From: Felis catus | Taxonomy: Eukaryota | DNA: 64,000 nt | Direction of reading: 5' to 3' | NCBI RefSeq assembly: GCF_018350175.1 | Contig: NC_058368.1 | Coordinates: 236,780,001 to 236,844,000 of the forward strand | Part shown: positions 49,701 to 59,400 of the stretch, one piece after another | Layout of the letters: the number at the start of each line of letters is the position of its first letter | How positions within the stretch are numbered: the stretch's first letter is position 1 | Translations under genes and position numbers: made by a program | Notes under the pieces: generated by a model | The model's input: only the letters and a program-made list of their open reading frames with translations | What the model was told of the DNA's origin: nothing | Databases searched by the model: none

Positions 49701-52700
49701 CAGTGCGCTCTTTCAGGAGGGAGGGGAAAGAAAAGATTAATAAAGATGTTATGAGCCTGAACCGCTGTGAGATTTGTTTAATTATTCCCCGCAGGACTGC
49801 CCCAGCAATCTGCTGACATTTAGCCCCGACCTTGCAAATCCTCGGTAAATATTAATATATCAACTCAAACAGGGACCGTTGTTTTATTGGTTCACGGAGC
49901 TCAGAGAGATTCGCCACAGCGGTAGGAAATAATGTGTAGAAGTGAGGAAGGCGGCCTGCTTTGATTCCACCTTCTGCTGCGCACATGAGCTGGGGACATC
50001 AACAAAATGGCAATGCTGTTCCTTTGCCACAGCTACAGAGTGATGCTTCAGATGCCTTCGCTTCCCTTTGTACAGCCTGCTGGAATAATCCCAAAACCAC
50101 GGTGGCAAGAGATTAGAAAGGAGGGAGAAGGGAGGCCGGCAGAGCAATCGCACGTTATTATCTGCAAGACTGGAGACTTTAATAATGGGGAAGGTCCGCC
50201 CTCCGATCTGACTGTCTTTGCCGACAGAGTGGGCCCCAGCTGAGGGCAACGAAGGGGCGAGCTTGCCCGCTCTGGCCCGGCGACCGGCCTGCCTCCACCT
50301 CTACATCACTGCCCTCCTGCAGCCATCCAGCCCACACCATCCCAGGGGCCGGTCTGAGAATGAAAACAACAGCCCGTTCTGAGTTGGCTAAAGGGAAAAA
50401 AAAAAAAAAAAAAAGATTGCTTTTTAATTCTTCCCTGTATGTGCTGTTGCTGGTGGTATTTTTGGAGGTTTTATTTCCTCATCTCAAAGTTATCTCTTAT
50501 TGACTCATCTCGTAAGTATTTGTAAATTCCTCGTGGCTGAGTGCTTGCTGGGGGGCCAAGGAGGCCCCCAAAGTTCTCAGGGGTAAGAAAGGGGGCTGCC
50601 TGGGCCCCATTTGGCTTTCAGATGTACCGTGCTGCAGAGTTAATGCGTGATTAATTTTATTCATAAAAATGTTAATCACTTCATTGTGAGATCTTTTTAA
50701 CATTCAGTGCAGCGAGCACCTTTTTAATTTCTCTTGCCCACCGTCTCGCAGATGTATTTAATATTTTCAGACATGGCTGCAGCTATCCGAGGGCCTGGCA
50801 ATTAAGCATACGTTTAAAATTCAAACAACAGGCGAAGCTACCGCGGCCACAAACAAGCAAACGGGAGGCACAGAGGAAAGGCGCACGGTCTGCAAGTGTG
50901 CAAGCCGCCTGCGGGCCCAAGGCTGGCGGTGCGGGGGCGGCCTCCGGCGCTCGCGGCCTGCGGGGACCCTCCCCGCTGCACCTCTGCGCAGCCCTCGGAG
51001 GACCAGTTTCAAGTCCCAGGAATTAGGAGTAGAAGCTCTTCCGGCGGAAGGCTTCAACTGTCACCGCGTTATTCTGCTTCCTGGCTGGGACCGTAGTCTC
51101 TGGGGAACGTGGGGACAGTGGGATGACTGACGGGGTGGGCGTCCAGAGGTGAGCTGGGTTCACAGCTTCCCCAGGCGGGCCCCCGGATGTTGCCGGGCCA
51201 TTGTGTCCCAGCATTCGGGCCCTGCGCTCTGGCACCAGATAAATGGATTAGGGGATCAGAGACACCCGCTCCTCTTGTGCCCCGCCCCCTGGGTAGGGGA
51301 CTTCCCCCATGGGTCAGGACAACAGCCCGGGAGGCCCTGAGAAGCATGGGTCCCCGCTGCTTGGCCCCGTGTCAGAGAGGTCATCCGCGCACACGGCTGG
51401 CCTCTGTGCTCGCCTGCAGTGTTCAGGCCCACGTCACTCCTCTGACTTCTCATTGAAGATAATTCCAGAATTTTAGGCCACTCTGGGGCCTCCTCCCTGA
51501 CTTTCGTGGGCGGTGGGCTTCTTCCAACATTGAAAACCAGGGTTAAAATATGAATGTTACAACTGCTGTTGGCCTAAAGATGAATATACTGATAGGTATT
51601 AACACATTTTCTTTGGCCATAATGTTACTTTTTCCCTTTTCATTTGAAAAGAAATTAGCACATGTTCGCGGGTCTCAAAAAGCATTGTGGGCCCCAGGTC
51701 CTGTCACTGTCCTGACAGGTCAGCCCACCTCCTCTGTCCCCCTCTGCTCACCCTGAGAGAGCCCACTTTCAGAGGCCTTACTGAGTGGGGGAGGGGTACG
51801 TATCCAGCTTTCTGAGCTGGAACACAAAAGGACGCCAGTGGTCCCCAAGGGACGACCTTGGGAGGCCTTCCAGCTCTGGAGCTATAATTAGAGCCACAGG
51901 CTGGTGGGCCAGCGGCAGGAGACATGGAGAGCTCACCCCGCACCCGCCCTGGCAGAAGGAGGCACCGGATCTCTGCAGGGCTTGTGCAGGGCGGGTATGT
52001 TTCCAGAGGGCAGTGCTCCTTCCACAAGGGCTTTGGGGGACCCCTGCAGGGGGCTGGGGGCTGCCATCTTCCCCAGGGCACACTCCCTCTACCTGCTAGC
52101 TCTTTCTTCCTGCCACCCACTCCGGATTCCAGACCCAGAGCCCTGTCCCGGCTTGCCCTCCCCACCTGGAGCCGCGTTCTGCAGAAGAGACCACCAGGAT
52201 GTGGCAGGACTCTCCTCCAAGATGTTTCCCGGGGCCTGGTAAGTCATGGGCCCGCAAGACATGTGCTCAGTGTCAGGTACCCAGGAGTCTCCCTCGGATG
52301 CCTGAGAGCCCAGCTGACTAGTCTCCGTCCAGCTGACCAGTGGTCCGTCCTAGGATGTGGCCCATGCAGCCCAAGTCTCGTGGCCAGAGACAGTGGGAGG
52401 CTCCAAGTGCCTTCTAGGTCCCTACTGCCCGCATACTCCAAAGCCACTCAGAGCTGGCCCCTCACCTGCTCTAGCCCCCAACCCCAGCAAACCTGGGCTT
52501 GGCTTCCTCCCCACCTTTCCAACCTCCACCATTGGGGATGCAAGGTCAAAATCCCATTCCTCACAGGAAACTGGGCCCTGTTACTTCCGAGAGGGCATTC
52601 CTGGCTCGTCTCTCCAAATCAGTGGCCCTAAATCCTTAGCCTCCAGCCGGTGGCCCCAGTCCCACCCAGACCTTGGCTGGGAGCAGCCAGGCAGCCTCTG

Positions 52701-54419
52701 GCCTGTGTGTACCATTCAGAAGGGAAGGAAAGAGGGCAGCTGGGAGGACCAGAACCTGATTCCCTGACTCAGGAGGACAGTTCAGGCAGAAGGGCCAAGG
52801 CCAGCCCAAGCCTCCACATCGGGGGCCGAAGGCCAGCGTCGGTCCCAGGGCACCCGTGCACAGTGGCCATGGCCACCCTGCCCTTTCTCTATCCTTCCTC
52901 CTCCCTCTTTCCCTCTCTGGCGTCTTGGCTTTCTGGCAGAGCCCCATCTACAAGGACAACTGAAACTTTATAGGGCATGATTCATCGGGCGGCGCGCCCC
53001 TCGGAGCCATGGCGCATATTACATTAATCAGTGTCAGACCACTAAAACCGAGATATGAATATGAATTCTCCATATTGCAGGGGAGATAAATGTGCTTGTG
53101 AATATAATTGATCAAAGGAGGGAGGGAGGGATGGTGAGAACAGAGATTTCAGACTCTAGGTCAACGACTTGGGAGGGACCTGCGCCCACTCCCCAAATCT
53201 TCAAGCTGGGAACACGGGGTAGGAGCGGGGAATCTAGAAGGGGTGTGCTTCTAACGGTTTCCCTATCATGGGCCCGAACTAGAGCAGAAAAAGCAGGGTT
53301 TCTACACAGCACTTCCTACCCCCTTCCTTACCAGAAGATTCCACAGACAGAAGTCCTCTGCCCCAGACATGGGCTGTCCTATTTCCCCATCAGAGGAAGG
53401 GGCACAAATATTAATCTTGTAGACATCCCTCATTCCTATCCCTTTTTGGGGCTCAGTCTCCTCCTTGCTGGTCTCAGAATTACCACCGTCTGAAACTGTC
53501 CCTAGGCAGGCATCAAGTATGAGAGCACCTTAGCATGTGCAGAAAGTTCCAGAAGAATTTTTGCTTTGGCTGTGGAGGAAAAAGAAGTTTCTATGTCTAC
53601 TCCCAGATATTTCACGAGCTGGAACACCACGCACAGGGGCCGCCGGGGTGCCGCACGCCCTAGGCGTGCACACTCAGGTGGCTGAGCTGGTCGGGAAGGA
53701 TGGAAATAAATCATGCACAAAGAACAAAAATGATTTTTCAATGCTTGATTAAAAATTCATTTCTACCTTTCCACTCGAGAAAAATAATTCCAAGGCTAGA
53801 GATCTGATTTCTTTGCATGGGAAACTTTGGTCAGCAGGGCAGGAGGGAGGGGCACAGACCCTTCAAGACTTCTAGGCCACTGGGTTCTCAGGGCTGGGAC
53901 TCAACTGGTGAGCAAATCTGGTCCAGCCCCCTGGACAGCAGCGTTTGGGGACCCCAAAGGCATTGGACGGGGGAAAAAGAAAAGAATGGGAACGGGGCAT
54001 GCAAACAGTGATGCCTGCACGGGGTCATCTATTTGGTTCTGGGAAGAGAGTCCTCCGCCAGTGGCACAAACCCTACCACCCACCTGACTCCCACCTGATG
54101 CTTGCAGCGGTCACCCAGGGGGGACCCACCAGCACATCCCGGCTGCCACAGCATGTCTGTGCGCCAAGAACGCCATTCCTCATCCCAGGAGCGAGACCGC
54201 TGGTCAAAACTCTCCAGACCGCACTCTAGCCAAAGACGCGGGATCCATCTGTGCCCAGTGGTCAGGGGAGCCCCACGTCGAGGGCAGACCAGGAGCTCCT
54301 CTCTAAATTCCCACCCAGACGATGGAAACGCCCTGCGTCGAATTGGGCACCCACTCCTGCCCACCAATGCCAGCAGCCCGACCAGCAGGCCCGCCATCAC
54401 ACCCCCGAATTCAAACAAC

Positions 54420-55480
54420 CGGATCACAGAGACAGCCCGACCGCCACAAATGGGGGCTCCTGCGCGCGGCCCCTCCGAGGCCCGGCACCCGGGATCCTGC
54501 GCCCCCGGCGCCCCGGAGCCGGACCAACGCCACGGTCAGGACCCCATTCCGCTTCCAGCCCATAGAGGGCGCGCCGAGCACGTCCATCCGGACGCGAAGC
54601 GCCTCCACCGCGGCCGCGGCCCCAGCGTGCCCGCCTGCGGACGGCCCTCCCCGGCGCCGCGGCCCGGCTCCCCCTGCGCGCCCAACGCCCCGCTCCCCCA
54701 CCCCCGGGCCGTCCGTGCGCGCTCTCCCGCGGCCTCCGCGCCGCCTCTGCCACGCTTCCTCCGGCCTCGGGAGCGAGGACACCCCTAACTCTCCTACGAG
54801 GACGGGGTGGCGTGGGGGGCCCGGAGAGGGGCAGTCCCCACGTCCTCGGCGCGAGCCGCCCCTCTCCCGCCGCAGAGGAGCCAGCGGCAAAGCCCCAGGC
54901 CGCCCCAGACGCTCCCCTTGGGCAGACCGCCCCTCGCCGCCACCGGCGGGGCCCGACAGCTGCTGCTGCTGCAAGGGCTCCGGGGCGATTACCCGGCCTG
55001 GGTGGGGGGTGGGGAGGTCCCGTCCTGCACCGGGGACCCGGCTTCCTTCCCCCCGCGCGAGTTCCCCTGTGGCTCACGCCCTCACCCGCGGTCTTGTTCA
55101 CGCTTGTGTTCCCAGTTTTCGCCAATTCTGCATCAAGTCGTCTGCGCCCCGTTTGAAGTGCAGGCCGCTACGGCGGGTCCGCCCCAAGTGCCCGGAGGCC
55201 CGAAGTCCTGATCCCGAGATTTCCCCCGGCTCCTGGGCCAGGTCCCACATGCGCCTCGGAGGCCAGCTCCGACCCGCTTCGTCCCACCATCGCTCCCAGC
55301 TACCGCTCAGACCCGGACATCAGTGGTTTATTTTCCCTGGGCTCTCTCGGCGCGCCCGGCCCAGGGCGCAGGGGTCGAGGGGGCTTCCCTGGGAGACCAA
55401 AGCCACCTCCCCTCTTTCTCCGCAGCCCCCAGGCAGGCCCACACGCCCAGAGAACTCCCGCGCGGCATCTCTGCCCATGC
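54420..55480. promoter_or_regulatory. CpG island 3' of IRX1
   Basis: About 1 kb CpG-rich non-repeat block 0.5-1.6 kb past the polyA signal. Confidence 0.8.
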
Positions 55481-56034
55481 ATCCGGACAGTTTAAAAGAG
55501 CCTTCCAATCTCTCCACGTTTGATTTAACCGAGTAACTAAAAAATACGCTCAAAGCCAAAATTTCATACTCCATTATGTCCTCGCTCTACCCACGAAATG
55601 ACCCGACGCCAGGATGCACTGTGGAGACAACTAGTTATAAACTGATTTCAAATCTGAAGTTCTCCTTTGGGGACACAATTGGAAATTCTTTTCATTTTTT
55701 TTTTTCTCCCATTGTTGTCCACTTTAAGAAACCGTTTTATAAACTGCTGAAAATCGAACTCATTGATGTCCCGAGAAAGGCATGCCCCGGATAAACGTAT
55801 AAAGGTCGGAAATCAAAACTACCAACAAGAAACTGCCCGAGTGACAACATTCACAAATTCAATGACAACCAAAACGGGCTGTGAGAAACACCGGCCTCCA
55901 GCGGAAACTCCCCAAGGAGCCTCTCTGCCCAAGCCAGGGGCACCTGGGCCCTGCCGGCATTCCAGGATTCCCGACACTCCTGCGGACGCCCAGCCACACA
56001 CAGCAGCGGGAACAGCGGACAGCATTTCATTTAG

Positions 56035-56040
56035 TTTATT
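56035..56040 (-). terminator. IRX1: IRX1 polyadenylation signal AATAAA; 3'UTR ~56416 to ~56015
   Basis: First AATAAA after the stop, followed by GU-rich sequence (TGCTGTGTGTGGCT) and preceded by a U-rich tract. Confidence 0.85.
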
Positions 56041-56416
56041 AGACAAAAATATATGATTTAGACAAGTTCGCTGACGCGCTATTTACAATCTGAAATCACT
56101 CTATATACAGAAAGAAGAAGGAAAAAAACAAAAACAAAAACAAAAAAGACACAAGCACGTGGGGCGTTTACCGAGCGGATAATCATCCGGAGCCTGGTGA
56201 CAGGCACCAGGGCCCTGGGCAGAGGCCGGGCTGCCTGGACTGGAGCTCGGACGCGGACGAGCCCCTTTCTGCAGGAAGCGTTGGATGGGAGTCGGTGACG
56301 TCGTGGCCGTATTTGTCCTTTACACCGGTCTGAAATATTTGTCCTAATTCCTCCCTCGTCCCCTCCCTCCCGAACTCCTCCCCCCTCCCCCCGCAAAAGT
56401 AAAAGACGACCCTGGA

Positions 56417-56474
56417 TCAGGCGGACGGGAGGGCTGCTAGGATCCGCGGCGTTCCCTCCTGCGGGGCCAGCGAG
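56417..56474 (-). CDS. IRX1: IRX1 exon 4 coding part
   Basis: CCCGCAG|CTCGCTG...; encodes (N)[21 protein letters not shown] at 56419-56417. Confidence 0.95.
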
Positions 56475-59400
56475 CTGCGGGCGAAGCACAACGAGACAAG
56501 AAAGCACAGCAGTGTCAGTGGCCGGACGCTGGGACCCGGCGTCACCGGTGCAGCCGGCCTAGCGCCGGGGGGCGTGGCTGCCTGCCCCGCTGCTCCCGCG
56601 TCGGGAGAAACCCGGTGGAGGGGGCGCCCCGCGCGCGCGGCTGGCGGACAGCACCCCCTCTACGAGGCCTGAGCGACCCTACCGCCGCCCCGAGCCCTCC
56701 GCCGGCACCCCCGCCAGCCCCGGTCCCGCGGTCCCAGCAAACAGCACTCACTTGTCGCGCACGGGCTGGAAGGGGGATTTTAACTGCTGTGCCGGCGACT
56801 CAGGCCTGGGGACGAGGTCTCTCTCTGCGAGGGAGGGGCAGAAGCACAGCGTTAGGAGACGGGGGTGGGGGGTGGGGGGAGTGCCGCCGAGGTGCGCAAG
56901 CCTCTTCCCCACCCACCCCGCTTCCTTCTGCCACTAGGATGGGGTCTCCAAGAAAAACGGTCACCCCTCCCCGGGGGAAGGACTGCAGACAGAACGCAGC
57001 TCTCCGGACAGAGCCCGAGGGCCTTGGCCTCGGTCCCCGAATCCGGGCAGAGATCACTGCTCAACCCGGGGTTTGGCCGCCACCGCCTCCCCCCTCCGGG
57101 CCGGCGCTCCCCCCACCCCCACGCTTTGCGGGGGGGGGGGGGGGTCCGGATTCCGAGCCCGGGGCGGACACCCCTCCCCCCACCCCCCACGCCGGGCGCC
57201 TCACCTGGAAGCGCGGGGCTGCTTCGAGCGGAGGCCTTGTCACCGTGGAGCACCCCCGCGGCAACGGGGACGGGCGGCGGCGGCGGCGGCGCGGGCAGGT
57301 GCGGGCCGTGGGGCGCGGCGTGGGGCGCGCCGACGCCCAGGAAGGAGCGCATGTTGAGCAGGGAGCCCTGCGTGAGGAACGCGCCGTTGGTCCAGTTGGA
57401 GAACTTGCCGATGTGGCAGGTGTACAGTCCGTGGCTGGGCAGGAAGGCGGGGTGCTGCAACGGCGCGCCCGCGGGGGGCCCGTGCGCGCCGGGATGGCCC
57501 GCGGGCGGCGGCGGCGAGGCCTTGGGCGCGCCGTCGGGGCTGGTGGCCGTTTCGGCCAGGGACCAGATCTTGGGCTTGCTGTGAGGCGCGCCCTGCAGGC
57601 CACCCGACGCGGCGCCGGGACTCAGCAGGCGGGTGCTGCCGGGCTCCGGGACCTCCTTGACCAGGCCCAGGGGCGAGTCCTGGGACTTGAGCGCGTCGGC
57701 GGCTGCCAGCGGCGAGCCCTGGTCCCGGGCGAGGGCGGTAGGTGCCGCCGGCGGGCGCGGCGCCTCGGCCTTGTCCTCTTCGTCCTCGTTGCTCTGGTCG
57801 CCATCGTGCTCGTCGATTTTGTCGATGTCAATGCTCTCTAGGTCGATCTCCTCGTCGTCCTCGGCCTTCTCCGGGTCGCCCTCGGTGTCGCTTCCGAAGA
57901 GGGCGCCGTCCTCCTGGTCCTTGCTGCGCGCGCCCCACGTCACCTTGTTCTCCTTCTTGAGGCGCCGGCGCGCGTTGGCGAACCAGGTGGACACCTGCGT
58001 GAGGGTCATCTTGGTGATGATGGCCAGCATGATCTTCTCGCCCTTGGTGGGGTACGGGTTCTTCCGGTGCTCGTTCAGCCAGGCCTTGAGCGTGCTGGTG
58101 CTCTCGCGCGTGGCGTTCTTGGGCCGCCCGGGGTCCCCGTACTGGAACTGGCCGTAGGGGTAGTACGCGGGCGCCGTGTGGGCTGTGAAGGTGGCAGGGT
58201 GCACCCCCGGGTTGTCTTTGAGTTCGTACTGTGAGCCCTGCAACCACATAGCCCACCGAGGGAGGAGAGGGGCAGTAGGGGTGTGGGGGGGGAGAGGGAG
58301 AGAGAGAGAGAGAGAGAGAGCGATGAGTCCCCCGAACTGGGAAAGTCGGGGGGCAGCCGCTCTTGTCCAGTCAAGAACAGGAAGCCCCCCACCCCCCAGC
58401 ACACCACCCTAGGAGGGAGGGAGGGGTCAAATCGTGAGCCGCCTCTAGAAACTCAACTTCCAACCATGGTGAAGAGGTGTTTTTGTTTTGTTTTGTTTTG
58501 TTTTGTCACTCAAGAAAAGTTCCAGAATCCGTGCATCTCCAGAAGGCCACAGCGGGAGCCTTGGTCCCATAGAATTTGCCCAGGCCACCCTCAGTTACCC
58601 CCCCACCCTCCCCCCACAACTCCAGCAGCCAATTTCCAAGTTTATCTCACACTAACTAGAAGGGGAAACCTTTTAACTACCCAGATAAAACAGATCTCCA
58701 AATGTAAAGAACCTAAGCCCCCTCCCTTCGACCCTGAGGGGGTCAAGCAAAATAAACCATCCAGGGTTTTCTTTGGGTCCAAATCCTCCAGCAATTTAAA
58801 ACGAAAGCACACTCCTTTTAGCTCCCAAATTAATCTGCATATAATGGCTCCCCACACTTAAAGGTTGCAGTGGTGACAGGTAATTTGAAATTTTAATCCC
58901 GGCCATCATCAACAACAATAACTAAAACACCATTTGTTTTTTTTAAAATACAAAAGGAGGGCTTAACCGGCAAAATATTAACTGGAGGGCCAGGAGCTGC
59001 CAGCTGTGAAGAGGGAACTGCCTTCGGAGGCCTCTCCTCACTTACTTTATCTGCTAAGTTGGACTTTGATGTGGCCAGAGCAAGCACAAAGTGTTTGCAG
59101 GCATTTAGAGGCCGTGATTTATTTGCAATCAATATTCTTTTTATCATCGGTAGTAAAACACAGCAAGTCAAATTATCCCATCAGGTTTTTTGGTAAATAA
59201 CATTTTATCTTTCTAACAACCTCATTAGGCCTCATTATTACCATAAATTGTCCAGACAGACATTCGCTCACAATTTTATCTTTTGACTTCCAAATCCCCA
59301 ATCAAAACGGCTTGGAAACCTAGGCCTAGAATCAAGAGTTTGGATTTAGGTTTACTTTCTGAGAACCAGCAGGAGACCACTAAGAAATACACCACACCTT

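Larger units (their letters stand above)
56150..58260. promoter_or_regulatory. Gene-body CpG island over IRX1 exons 2-4
   Basis: Dense CpG through exons and introns 2-3. Confidence 0.85.

Noticed and set aside
49139..50463. Exact 14-mer ctggtggtattttt at 49139 and 50450
   Set aside because: Several chance 14-mer pairs are expected in 64 kb (about 64000^2/2/4^14, roughly 8); no further shared context.
54322..55536. 404-aa ATG ORF in the downstream island
   Set aside because: Low-complexity Pro/Arg/Ala; several frames open at once, as expected from GC content.
56817..56826. Tandem AGAGAG alternative acceptors at exon 3
   Set aside because: Downstream options are weak GAG acceptors; the CAG gives the expected frame.
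56615..58157. Plus-strand ORFs of 408, 239 and 174 aa antisense to IRX1
   Set aside because: Shadows of GC-rich codon usage; no recognisable domain.
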